Shown piece after piece: positions 17,917 to 26,340 of a DNA stretch of 64,000 nt. Within the stretch, counting starts at the first letter, position 1. Every line of letters begins with the position of its first letter. The position numbers and the translations under genes were made by a program. The notes beneath the pieces were generated by a model. The model saw only the letters and a list, made by a program, of their open reading frames with translations, ran no database searches and had not been told where the DNA came from. Source of the DNA: Candidatus Omnitrophota bacterium (GTDB taxonomy: Bacteria > Omnitrophota > Gorgyraeia > Duberdicusellales > 4484-171); the NCBI GenBank assembly GCA_021735655.1, contig JAIPGM010000002.1, positions 224,001-288,000 on the forward strand, written 5' to 3'.

Positions 17917-18957
17917 ATGGTGCACTACACAACTATATTTTCTTCCTTCCATACTCTCTATCGTCTAACTACTACGCTTGATGATTTGCCAAGCTTTGCT
18001 ATGGGTGTATGTCGCCTTTACCGCAACGCTTTTAATGCTGATAAGGTAGTAATAATTTGTAAAAGTGTTTCTAGCCAGACAACTCTTAAAGTCTGCTGCG
18101 AAAATAAAAATTCCTATATAAAAAAGGGAGGCAATTCTATTCTTACCAGAATAGAAAAAGAACTTCTTAAACAAGAAAAAGAAATTCTTTCAACCAACCG
18201 TTTCATTTACCCTTTTATATTTACCCATATTCTAGGAGGAATTTATGTGAAGCGTGATTCAAAAACCAACAAGTTTGATGAGACTGAAAAAAAATGGTTT
18301 TTGTCGCTTTGCGAAGAAGCAAGCATGAGTCTAAAAATATTTGATTTGTATAGCGAGCAAAAAAAGATAGTACTTAGCTACATTAAATCTTTATCACAAT
18401 TCTTAAACCAATATGTACCAACTTCTTATTTGCACACTAAAATTATTTCTCGTTTGATTAAAGCTTTAGGTAAAGCGATGAAGCTGTCGGAAGTTGAAAT
18501 TAAATCTCTGGAACACGCTTCTTTATTGCACGATATAGGAAAAATGCAAGTTCCTTCACAACTATTAAAAAAACAAAAACCACTAACAGACAAAGAGTTT
18601 AAACTTATCGCAAAGCACCCTCGAAAAGGTGCTAATTTATTTAAAAATTTAGAAATTCTGAAGCCGGCCATACCGATAATCTTACACCATCATGAACGTT
18701 ATGATGGAAAAGGATACCCTTCAAAGTTAAAAAAAGAACAAATCCCCTTAGCTTCAAGAATATTATCAGTGTTAGATACCTTCGACGCCATGTATTTTGG
18801 ACGACCTTATCGACGTAAACGTCGCCTAAAAGAAATTGAGAAAGAATTTAAGGAGCAGCGTGGAAAGCAATTTGACCCTAAGGTAGTTGATGTATTTCTT
18901 GCGATTTTGAAAAGAAAAAGTATACAAAAATACTTCAAATCTTCCCCAAAAAAGTAA
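17917..18957 (+). CDS. HD-GYP domain protein (c-di-GMP phosphodiesterase family) with uncharacterised N-terminal domain
   Basis: LHDIGKMQVP and HHHERYDGKGYP motifs are present. Confidence 0.75.
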   Translation: MVHYTTIFSSFHTLYRLTTTLDDLPSFAMGVCRLYRNAFNADKVVIICKSVSSQTTLKVCCENKNSYIKKGGNSILTRIEKELLKQEKEILSTNRFIYPFIFTHILGGIYVKRDSKTNKFDETEKKWFLSLCEEASMSLKIFDLYSEQKKIVLSYIKSLSQFLNQYVPTSYLHTKIISRLIKALGKAMKLSEVEIKSLEHASLLHDIGKMQVPSQLLKKQKPLTDKEFKLIAKHPRKGANLFKNLEILKPAIPIILHHHERYDGKGYPSKLKKEQIPLASRILSVLDTFDAMYFGRPYRRKRRLKEIEKEFKEQRGKQFDPKVVDVFLAILKRKSIQKYFKSSPKK

Positions 18958-19005
18958 CCACAAGGAATTCTTGATTTTTACCCCTATTTATCTTATAATA
19001 ATCAT

Positions 19006-19536
19006 ATGAGAGGAAAGCAGCTTTATCTTTTTGGTCTCAAAAGTGATAGTTCAAATACTCCGCCACAGCAAAAAATTAAGCTACCTTTAGATATATTAAC
19101 TATAGCTAGTGTGGTTTTTGTTCTTTCATTGATTATTTCATTTTCTCTGGGAGTGGAGAAAGGCAAAAAAATTGCTTCTAGTAAAATCGCAATAGAACCC
19201 CAGGAAAGATTACCCCGTTTAGACGTTGCTGTCGATAAGCAATCCGTCGAACCAGATAGTTCGAAACAGGATTCTTTAGTTGAAGAGAAAATCGTTCCAA
19301 ACGAAATAGTAAAAAATAAGCAAAAATACAATATTCAAGTAGCTAGTTTTTATAAAGAAAATACAGCTCGCAAAGAAGCAGAACAATTAAAAGAAAATGG
19401 TTATCCGACCTCAGTATCCCGAAAAGGTAAATACGTTGTTATCTATGTCGGGGATTTTGACGATGAGGGGGAAGCCAAATCTAATTTTGAACTTTTGCAA
19501 AAAAGATACAAAGACTGCATATTGCGACAACTATAA
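19006..19536 (+). CDS. SPOR domain protein (septal peptidoglycan binding), N-terminal TM
   Basis: The C-terminus YNIQVASFYKENTARKEAEQLKENGYPTSVSRKGKYVVIYVGDF is SPOR-like. Confidence 0.6.
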   Translation: MRGKQLYLFGLKSDSSNTPPQQKIKLPLDILTIASVVFVLSLIISFSLGVEKGKKIASSKIAIEPQERLPRLDVAVDKQSVEPDSSKQDSLVEEKIVPNEIVKNKQKYNIQVASFYKENTARKEAEQLKENGYPTSVSRKGKYVVIYVGDFDDEGEAKSNFELLQKRYKDCILRQL

Positions 19537-19546
19537 GGAGGATTAA

Positions 19547-19792
19547 ATGGGACTACATCCATCATTGAAACGATCAGATGTAAAGGGTAATCGTTCAGTA
19601 ATGAAACGAACTGAACGGATAAAGTGGCTTATCGGAAAAGGCAAATGGAACGAAGGCGATCCAGTTTTAGGTTTACCTAAAATAAAAATTATAAAATTAA
19701 AAGCCATAAAGAAAGAAAAGCAAAAACCTGAAGAAGAAGGGCAACCTACCGAAGGTGCAAAAAAACCAGTTGAGAAAAAATCAAAAGATTAA
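19547..19792 (+). CDS. Small lysine-rich hypothetical protein
   Basis: The ORF has an RBS (aaggagga). No family was recognised. Confidence 0.3.
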   Translation: MGLHPSLKRSDVKGNRSVMKRTERIKWLIGKGKWNEGDPVLGLPKIKIIKLKAIKKEKQKPEEEGQPTEGAKKPVEKKSKD

Positions 19793-19798
19793 CCAAGA

Positions 19799-20560
19799 AT
19801 GAAAATATTCTATATTCTTCTGATAGCAATATTTTTTTCTATGACTTTGGTTTCAGCCTTTGATCTTTATGAAGTAGCTAATGATAAGGCACAAATTCGG
19901 GTCGATTCTACAAGTTTGTCAGGCTCTTTGGGTTTCTTCAACCAAGGAGACTCAGTCGAAGTAGTTGGAGAGAAGTTTGATTGGTACCGCGTTGTTTTGC
20001 CAAAAGAGACTACTTGTTATGTTTATAGCAAGCTCATTGAAGTGCTAGACGGAGGAATGGTGAGAATTAGCGCAACAAATGTTAATTTACGCTATCAACC
20101 TTCGCTTGAAGCCCCAATTATTGGTAAAGCATTAAAAGATGAAGTATTTTCACTCCTTGGAGATAATGGGGAGTGGCTTAAAATTAATAATAATTCAAAG
20201 GCTAGAGGTTGGGTACATAAAAAATTCCTAAAAAAACAGGATTCGTCTCAAAATTTAGCCTTACTTGAAGAAAGAATTGTAACTTCCGATACGGCTACGA
20301 TCTACAATACGATTACCATTCTAAGCCAGCTAGGAAAAAATAAACCGGAGTTGCTACCCCGGTTTTTAGAAAAGGCCAAAAGATTATCACTCAAACCAGC
20401 AAGCGCCTACCTAGACATCTTACAAAACATTCTTGAGCCCAAAGATCAAAAGAAGGCTTACTTTTATCAAGCTCAAAACAACGCCCTTAGTGATCAAGAT
20501 ATTCAAAGGGCCTTAAGTTTGTTTCAGACAATGATCGAAACCAAAAATATTAGCCAATAG
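19799..20560 (+). CDS. Secreted protein with two bacterial SH3-like segments
   Basis: A signal peptide is present, along with GDSVEVVGEKFDWYRVVL and WLKINNNSKARGWVHKKFL segments. Confidence 0.4.
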   Translation: MKIFYILLIAIFFSMTLVSAFDLYEVANDKAQIRVDSTSLSGSLGFFNQGDSVEVVGEKFDWYRVVLPKETTCYVYSKLIEVLDGGMVRISATNVNLRYQPSLEAPIIGKALKDEVFSLLGDNGEWLKINNNSKARGWVHKKFLKKQDSSQNLALLEERIVTSDTATIYNTITILSQLGKNKPELLPRFLEKAKRLSLKPASAYLDILQNILEPKDQKKAYFYQAQNNALSDQDIQRALSLFQTMIETKNISQ

Positions 20561-20566
20561 ACACTA

Positions 20567-21178
20567 ATGGCAATTACTTACTTACTTATCGTATTTTTTA
20601 TCCTTTTGTTTTCAATAACTATGCACGAATTTGCGCATGGTTGGATTGCTTATAAGCTCGGCGATCCGACCCCTAAAGATCGTGGTCGTTTAACTTTAAA
20701 CCCTTTTGCTCATATTGATTTAATCGGAACAATAGTTGTGCCTTTTCTTATTGTTTTTATCAGTCGAGGATTGCTTCCGCCGATTGGCCGAGCCAAACCA
20801 ATACCGATTAACCCTTCACATTTTAAAAACCCTAAGCAAGATATGATGTTAGTTGGAGCAGCAGGGCCACTAACCAATATCGCCATTGCCATAGTTTTTA
20901 TTCTATTAGCAAAAGTAAGCAGCCCACTGATCTCGGAAATACTTGCTTTTGGTGCGGTCTTAAATCTTGTCTTGGCAATTTTTAATCTTATTCCGATACC
21001 ACCGCTTGACGGATCACGAATAGTTGCCGGATTGTTGCCATCGCGACAATACCAAGCCTATCGTAAAATCGAAAGATTTGGATTTTTTATATTGATACCG
21101 TTTATTTTTTTAATTATTGCTACCGGGTTATTTGGAAAAATTATTAATTTTTTACAAAAGATAGTTTACTCTTTATGA
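20567..21178 (+). CDS. Site-2 protease family (M50) membrane metalloprotease
   Basis: The HEFAHG zinc motif sits in the first TM region, with multiple further TM segments. Confidence 0.7.
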   Translation: MAITYLLIVFFILLFSITMHEFAHGWIAYKLGDPTPKDRGRLTLNPFAHIDLIGTIVVPFLIVFISRGLLPPIGRAKPIPINPSHFKNPKQDMMLVGAAGPLTNIAIAIVFILLAKVSSPLISEILAFGAVLNLVLAIFNLIPIPPLDGSRIVAGLLPSRQYQAYRKIERFGFFILIPFIFLIIATGLFGKIINFLQKIVYSL

Positions 21179-22284
21179 GCACTACTTTAACTGCGACGAC
21201 TATAACCGTTGGTTTAAAAAGTAATCCTTACCGGATATATATCGGGAATAACCTTTTAAAAAAAATATCAACACACATTGCTAAACTTAAGTTAGGTAAT
21301 TTTGGAATAGTGATCACCTCGCCAAAGATATACTCAATTTACCAAAAACAAATCATAAAAAACTTCGGACCCAATAAATACAAAATTATTAAAGTTGCTG
21401 ACGGCGAAGCTGCTAAATCTAAAAAGTGGCTTTTTAGAGTTCTTGATGAAATAGCTCGTTGTGATAATTACAAACTTAGTCCATTCATAATTTGCTTGGG
21501 TGGAGGCACAGTTGGGGATTTAGGCGGATTTGTTGCCGCAATTTATAAACGCGGAATACCCTATATACAAATTCCAACAACTCTTTTGGCTCAGATTGAT
21601 TCTAGTATCGGCGGTAAGACTGCGATAGACATGCCACATGCAAAAAATATCATCGGATCTTTCTATCAGCCTAAGGCAGTATTCATTGATCCTTGCTTTT
21701 TAGCCACATTACCGCTGGCCTATTTTAAAGAAGGGTTGTCTGAAATAGTTAAATATGGGGTTATTAAAGATGCTGAATTTTTTCGTTTTCTGAAAGTAAA
21801 TCATTCTAAAATCTTAAAACGTGACTCAGTTTCTATTTTTAAAATCGTCTCAGTTTGTGCGAGAATAAAAGCCCAAATAGTAGAGAAGGACGAGAAAGAA
21901 ACAAAAGGTTTAAGAACCGTGCTTAACTTTGGCCATACCTTTGCCCATGCCTTAGAAAGCGCTTTAAAATATCAAAAAATTTCACATGGCGAAGCTGTAT
22001 CTCTAGGGATGATTTACGCTGGAAAATTATCTTTACTGCTTGGAAAATGCAATAAAACCTCTTTTTTCGAACTTCTAGATATATTACGGCTTTTTGGCTT
22101 GCCGATAGGTATAAAATTTGATCCAGCAAGGATTTATCGGTCTTTAGTCCATGATAAGAAGTTTATTTCAGGAAAAATTCGCATGGTCCTTTTAAAGAAA
22201 ATAGGCAAAGTAGAAGTCGTTGATTCGATCAGCCCTTTAGACATAAAAAGAGCGTTTAAAGTTTTCTATCCCGCCTCACATTGA
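21175..22284 (+). CDS. aroB: 3-dehydroquinate synthase
   Basis: GGGTVGDLGGFVAAIYKRGIPYIQIPTTLLAQIDSSIGGKTAID matches. Confidence 0.8.
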   Translation: MSTTLTATTITVGLKSNPYRIYIGNNLLKKISTHIAKLKLGNFGIVITSPKIYSIYQKQIIKNFGPNKYKIIKVADGEAAKSKKWLFRVLDEIARCDNYKLSPFIICLGGGTVGDLGGFVAAIYKRGIPYIQIPTTLLAQIDSSIGGKTAIDMPHAKNIIGSFYQPKAVFIDPCFLATLPLAYFKEGLSEIVKYGVIKDAEFFRFLKVNHSKILKRDSVSIFKIVSVCARIKAQIVEKDEKETKGLRTVLNFGHTFAHALESALKYQKISHGEAVSLGMIYAGKLSLLLGKCNKTSFFELLDILRLFGLPIGIKFDPARIYRSLVHDKKFISGKIRMVLLKKIGKVEVVDSISPLDIKRAFKVFYPASH

Positions 22285-22312
22285 CAAAGCCCTATAAATA
22301 TGGTATATTTAT
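22281..22312 (+). promoter_or_regulatory. Promoter with operator-like palindrome overlapping the -10 element, upstream of the PilZ gene
   Basis: TTGACA (22281-22286) is separated by 17 nt from TATATT (22304-22309). The palindrome ataaatat-ggt-atatttat (22294-22312) overlaps the -10 element. Confidence 0.3.
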
Positions 22313-22335
22313 ACCGAATATAGGTTTATTAAGCG

Positions 22336-22701
22336 TTGCGGCTAATAAAATCAATAGTTGGAAGAGCTAATATGGATGAAAGACGGCAATACCCCAGAGT
22401 AAACATTTCTCTCCCAGTCGAATGTAAAATGTTACCCTCGCGGGACTATTTCTATACAGTAAGTAAGGATTTAAGTCAGGTAGGCTTAAAGATTGTAAGT
22501 AACGAATTTATGCCTAAGAATGAGCTTTTAAAATTAAGTTTGAATCTGATCAACAAGATGCTTGATGTTAAAGCTAGGGTAGTTTGGTGCAGCCAGGAAC
22601 GTGCTTCGGAGAGATACTCGGCTGGCGTTGAGTTTGTGGAAATTGAAGATCACTCGCGCAATGAACTTACCGCATTTTTAGCTACAACCGAAAACTCATA
22701 A
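22336..22701 (+). CDS. PilZ domain protein
   Basis: The RRQYPRVNIS (RxxxR) motif and the VSKDLSQVGLKI (DxSxxG) motif are present. Confidence 0.6.
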   Translation: MRLIKSIVGRANMDERRQYPRVNISLPVECKMLPSRDYFYTVSKDLSQVGLKIVSNEFMPKNELLKLSLNLINKMLDVKARVVWCSQERASERYSAGVEFVEIEDHSRNELTAFLATTENS

Positions 22702-22702
22702 A

Positions 22703-22846
22703 ATGGCAAAAGCTGAAGAAAAAAGAAAAAATTGCCTAGGTTGCAATAAGTCACTGGTGCGATCCCAGTGGTACTATCGCAATGGCGGCTATTTTTGCAA
22801 CAAGTCTTGTTTCAAAACCAATCTTAAAAAGCAAGAATCCAAATAA
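22703..22846 (+). CDS. 47-aa zinc-ribbon small protein (not in ORF track)
   Basis: The translation MAKAEEKRKNCLGCNKSLVRSQWYYRNGGYFCNKSCFKTNLKKQESK* has a CxxC...CxxxC arrangement. The ORF is wedged between two PilZ genes. Confidence 0.4.
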   Translation: MAKAEEKRKNCLGCNKSLVRSQWYYRNGGYFCNKSCFKTNLKKQESK

Positions 22847-22852
22847 ACCTTA

Positions 22853-23203
22853 ATGAAAGAGCGACGAAAATCAACGCGCATCAATAAGGTTCTTTCGGTG
22901 AAGCTATCGGATTCTGAATTTGATATTTTAACCGAAACTAAAAATATTAGCGCAACCGGTGCCTATTGTCCAGTTTCAAAACCACTGGACCTGATGACTA
23001 AACTACGCTTGGTGCTTCTAATCCCAATTCAAAAAAATCGCACGAAAACGATAAAGAAAATAAGTTGCGAAGGTATCGTTGTGCGACTTGAAACGACTAA
23101 AGACAAAGGAAAATACCCTTATCGTGCTGGAATATTCTTTAACGAAATTAATGATCAGGATAAGAAGTCGCTCCTCTCTTATATACAGTCCTCATTAAAA
23201 TAA
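22853..23203 (+). CDS. PilZ domain protein (second copy)
   Basis: An N-terminal RRKSTRINKV motif and an ISATGAYC segment are present. Confidence 0.55.
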   Translation: MKERRKSTRINKVLSVKLSDSEFDILTETKNISATGAYCPVSKPLDLMTKLRLVLLIPIQKNRTKTIKKISCEGIVVRLETTKDKGKYPYRAGIFFNEINDQDKKSLLSYIQSSLK

Positions 23204-23222
23204 AACTTTTTTAGCCCAATCG

Positions 23223-23753
23223 ATGCTCAAACTTCAATTTCCTAAACCGGTAAAGTTTATCTGTGGTTTTATCTATTCTACCGAAAAATCTTATCAGCAG
23301 GTTAAAAGTATCTTGGAAAGTAAATTCGGAAAGGTTGATTTCGAAACTCAACCAATAGACTTTACTTTTACTGACTACTACGAAGAAGAAATGGGTAAAA
23401 ACCTCAAGCGACGGTTTATTTCATTTAGAAAGTTACAAAACCCTAAACGATTTACCACAATTAAGCTTTTTTGTTTAAAACTGGAAAAAAAGTTTGCATT
23501 AAATAATAAACGGCAAATAAACATTGATCCTGGATACCTTAATGAAGCAAAATTAGTTTTAACTACTACCAAGGATTTTTCACACCGTATCTATCTTGAC
23601 AAGGGAATCTATGCTGAGATAACTTTGCTGTTTAAAGATGGTGCTTTCTGTAATTTGGAAACTACCTTTCCCGACTATCGAACTAAAACCTACAAAGGAA
23701 TCTTTCACCTAATTCGTGATACTTACCGTCAAAATCTAAAAAATGAATATTGA
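23223..23753 (+). CDS. Hypothetical protein (possibly DUF4416-like), overlaps the amrS start
   Basis: Its 3-prime end overlaps amrS by 11 nt. The family assignment is uncertain. Confidence 0.3.
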   Translation: MLKLQFPKPVKFICGFIYSTEKSYQQVKSILESKFGKVDFETQPIDFTFTDYYEEEMGKNLKRRFISFRKLQNPKRFTTIKLFCLKLEKKFALNNKRQINIDPGYLNEAKLVLTTTKDFSHRIYLDKGIYAEITLLFKDGAFCNLETTFPDYRTKTYKGIFHLIRDTYRQNLKNEY

Positions 23754-24696
23754 AGGTAAAATCAATAAGATTGAGCCATTGTTAGAGGCCCTCAACCAGC
23801 GTCTTAAAACCTGCGATATTTGCCCCAGAAACTGCTATACAGACCGCTTAGCCGGCCAAAAGGGGTATTGCGGAGGAGGAAAGGATATGGCCCTTTTTAC
23901 GGCCTTTTTGCATTGTGGAGAAGAACCAGCAATAAGTGGTGAAAACGGCTCAGGCACAGTGTTCTTTTCTGGCTGCAATCTTAAGTGTATTTACTGTCAA
24001 AACTATGAATTTTCGCAAATTAAGAAGGGTAAATTAACCACAATTGATAAGCTGACCGACATTATGCTCGGTTTAGAAAAAGATGGAGCCCATAATATCA
24101 ACTTGGTTACTCCGACCCATTTTCTTCCTCAGATACTAAAATCGCTTTATCTAGCCCTAAAAAGAGGCCTTAAAATACCAATAGTTTATAATACTTCAGG
24201 ATACGAGAAAAAAGAGGTCATAAGTCAATTAGAAGGAGTTGTTGATATATATCTGACTGATTTACGTTATCTAAATAGTGAGTTAGCGAAAAAGTACTCT
24301 AATGCCGAAGATTATCCAATGGTGGCTACTGAGAGTATTAAAGAAATGTACCGGCAATACCCACAAGCGATCTGGGACGAAGATATATTAAAACAAGGTA
24401 CAATTGTCCGCCACCTAGTCCTTCCTGGATATTTAAGCGAATCAAAAAAGGTCTTAAACTGGATTAAGGACAATACTCCTAAAGTTTTACCCAGTGTTAT
24501 GTTTCAATATCAACCTTACTTTAAGGCAAATACTTACCCAGAGATAAATCGACCAATCAACAAAAACGAATATAAAGAAATTAAACAGTTTGTCGAGGAA
24601 CTAGGCCTAGAAGGAGGCTGGATTCAAGAATTTGGACCACAGAGCGATTTGGCCGGAGTACATTTTAAGGCCGATCAAAAAGATAGCTTCATCTAG
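23743..24696 (+). CDS. amrS: AmmeMemoRadiSam system radical SAM enzyme
   Basis: The Cys-rich N-terminus CDICPRNCYTD...GYCGG is followed by the radical SAM motif FFSGCNLKCIYCQN. The protein is PFL-activase-like. Confidence 0.75.
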   Translation: MNIEGKINKIEPLLEALNQRLKTCDICPRNCYTDRLAGQKGYCGGGKDMALFTAFLHCGEEPAISGENGSGTVFFSGCNLKCIYCQNYEFSQIKKGKLTTIDKLTDIMLGLEKDGAHNINLVTPTHFLPQILKSLYLALKRGLKIPIVYNTSGYEKKEVISQLEGVVDIYLTDLRYLNSELAKKYSNAEDYPMVATESIKEMYRQYPQAIWDEDILKQGTIVRHLVLPGYLSESKKVLNWIKDNTPKVLPSVMFQYQPYFKANTYPEINRPINKNEYKEIKQFVEELGLEGGWIQEFGPQSDLAGVHFKADQKDSFI

Positions 24697-24967
24697 TCTT
24701 CTCAGTAAAGAAACCTACCTTTTTTTCCTTTTCCGGACCTTTAATAATAATATGGTGAATATTAGCAAGAGGGATAATAGCCAAATCATCACCTTTAGTT
24801 TGAGCATCAATAATCATTAAAGGCTGAAAGACGCTAACCGTCGGTTCAATAATTTTATAAATAGAATCAGTTTCGTATTGTTGACCGTTGTTAAGATAGA
24901 TAACGGCCGTGTTTTTCCTGCTTTTCTTTAAGAATTCCTCAGTAGTCTTTATTGCAATAATATCCAT
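24689..24967 (-). CDS. Hypothetical small protein
   Basis: A strong RBS is present: ggagcc tcctttt on the plus strand, which is aaaaggaggctcc on the minus strand, 7 nt before the ATG. No family was recognised. Confidence 0.4.
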   Translation of the reverse strand: MDIIAIKTTEEFLKKSRKNTAVIYLNNGQQYETDSIYKIIEPTVSVFQPLMIIDAQTKGDDLAIIPLANIHHIIIKGPEKEKKVGFFTEKTR

Positions 24968-25080
24968 AAGGAGCCTCCTTTTAGGTATTGTAACCGCAAG
25001 TAGCTAATGTGTCAAATTGAGCAATTCGATGGAGGAGAAACGGAGAAACTTTCTGTGTTTTTTAGTGTTTTTTTGTATAC

Positions 25081-25108
25081 TTGAAAATATTGTCAATTCT
25101 GGTATAAT
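25081..25108 (+). promoter_or_regulatory. Strong promoter for the RHH gene
   Basis: TTGAAA (25081-25086) is separated by 16 nt from TGg-TATAAT (25100-25108). The RBS aaggag follows before the ATG at 25148. Confidence 0.35.
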
Positions 25109-25147
25109 AAATACAAGTTAAATGGCTGCTAACAATAAGGAGTAACG

Positions 25148-25363
25148 ATGGCTATAAAAAAGACTAAAAAAGGGCGCCCCAAAAAGGCTATTAAATACAC
25201 TAAAACAATAAATGTTCGCCTAACCAGCGATCAATGGGTACAAGTCCTTAATTGGGCCCAAAGAGCCAATCTGGAGCCTTCGGTATATATCCGCAAGATT
25301 CTTCTAGACTTTCTTAATATCGAACATGAAATAAGTGTCGGTAAAAGTTCGGCTAAGAAATAG
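25148..25363 (+). CDS. Ribbon-helix-helix (CopG/MobC-like) small DNA-binding protein, orphan
   Basis: After a basic N-terminus, TINVRLTSDQWVQVLNWAQRANLEPSVYIRKILLDFL shows an RHH beta-alpha-alpha pattern. Confidence 0.45.
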   Translation: MAIKKTKKGRPKKAIKYTKTINVRLTSDQWVQVLNWAQRANLEPSVYIRKILLDFLNIEHEISVGKSSAKK

Positions 25364-25712
25364 AACCCCGGATAAGAACTCGCAACTAAAACATAAGGAA
25401 AGAGTGCCGGTTTAGAGACTAAAAAGCCCAGGAAAACCGCATACCTTCTACTTCCGATAATATATCTTATGTTAACTTTTATAAATGAGTGATTTGGCCT
25501 CTTTGTTTAATGTCACTAATGACTTTTGGTGTTTTGACAATAACCTGTGAATTTAACCAATGGTCTTTACTTTCTATTGGGTATTACATAATAACCTTAC
25601 TTTAAAGTCTAGACTAAAAGAGCTCTTAAAGTTGATTGGAAAGGGTGTTTTGGGGCGATTTTAAGTTAACTTAACTGCCTTGGAAGCAGATATAGAAGCC
25701 TTCAGTTTGGAT

Positions 25713-26318
25713 TTACCAACAACTGTAAGTACTACAAAAATCCCACTGCATTACCCAAACTGCATCAGTGCCTCCCGGATGCTGAAAGTACCCAGTAGTT
25801 ACATTACCATCATCAATCACAGCATCAATTCTTTTTGCGGAAGCAAGCGGTAAAGAGCAATTATTTGGGCCGTCGGGATAGCAATAATCTTCAAACTCTA
25901 CACAAAGTTCAATATCTCCGGCAGGATCAGTCGGCTGCCTGCGGCGATTGGTATTAGTCGTAAATGTATAGATTCCTCCCCAGGGATGTACTCCACTTTT
26001 CTGATCTAAATAGGGCCCGTCCCAACCCGGCCAATCACCAGTTAAGTCCGGTGGTGTTGTACTCGGCCAGGCTCTAGTAGGGTTTCTTATTAGGTGTGAC
26101 TCTATAACCCGACCTTCACTATCGCCTCCATGAGGCCACTTGCCTGTGTCAGCATAAAGAGATCCACAAGCAGTCTTCATGGCTTTAAAATCAGCTATTG
26201 CCTTAGCAACTTTAGCCTTCTCAATAGCCTTAAAAGCATTAGGTGCAATGATTGCGGCAAGGATAGCTATGATAGCAATAACCACTATAAGCTCGATAAG
26301 AGTAAAACTTTTTTTCAT
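25713..26318 (-). CDS. Type IV pilin / pseudopilin with prepilin N-terminal cleavage-methylation domain
   Basis: The prepilin signature MKKSFTLIELIVVIAIIAILAAIIAP is present. Confidence 0.75.
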   Translation of the reverse strand: MKKSFTLIELIVVIAIIAILAAIIAPNAFKAIEKAKVAKAIADFKAMKTACGSLYADTGKWPHGGDSEGRVIESHLIRNPTRAWPSTTPPDLTGDWPGWDGPYLDQKSGVHPWGGIYTFTTNTNRRRQPTDPAGDIELCVEFEDYCYPDGPNNCSLPLASAKRIDAVIDDGNVTTGYFQHPGGTDAVWVMQWDFCSTYSCW

Positions 26319-26340
26319 GTCGCCTTCCTCATCAATACGT

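Noticed and set aside
24632-24820. Plus-strand 62-aa ORF overlapping the end of amrS and the minus-strand 92-aa gene
   Set aside because: The minus-strand ORF has a near-perfect SD (aaaaggagg) and the plus one has none. Only one can be real.
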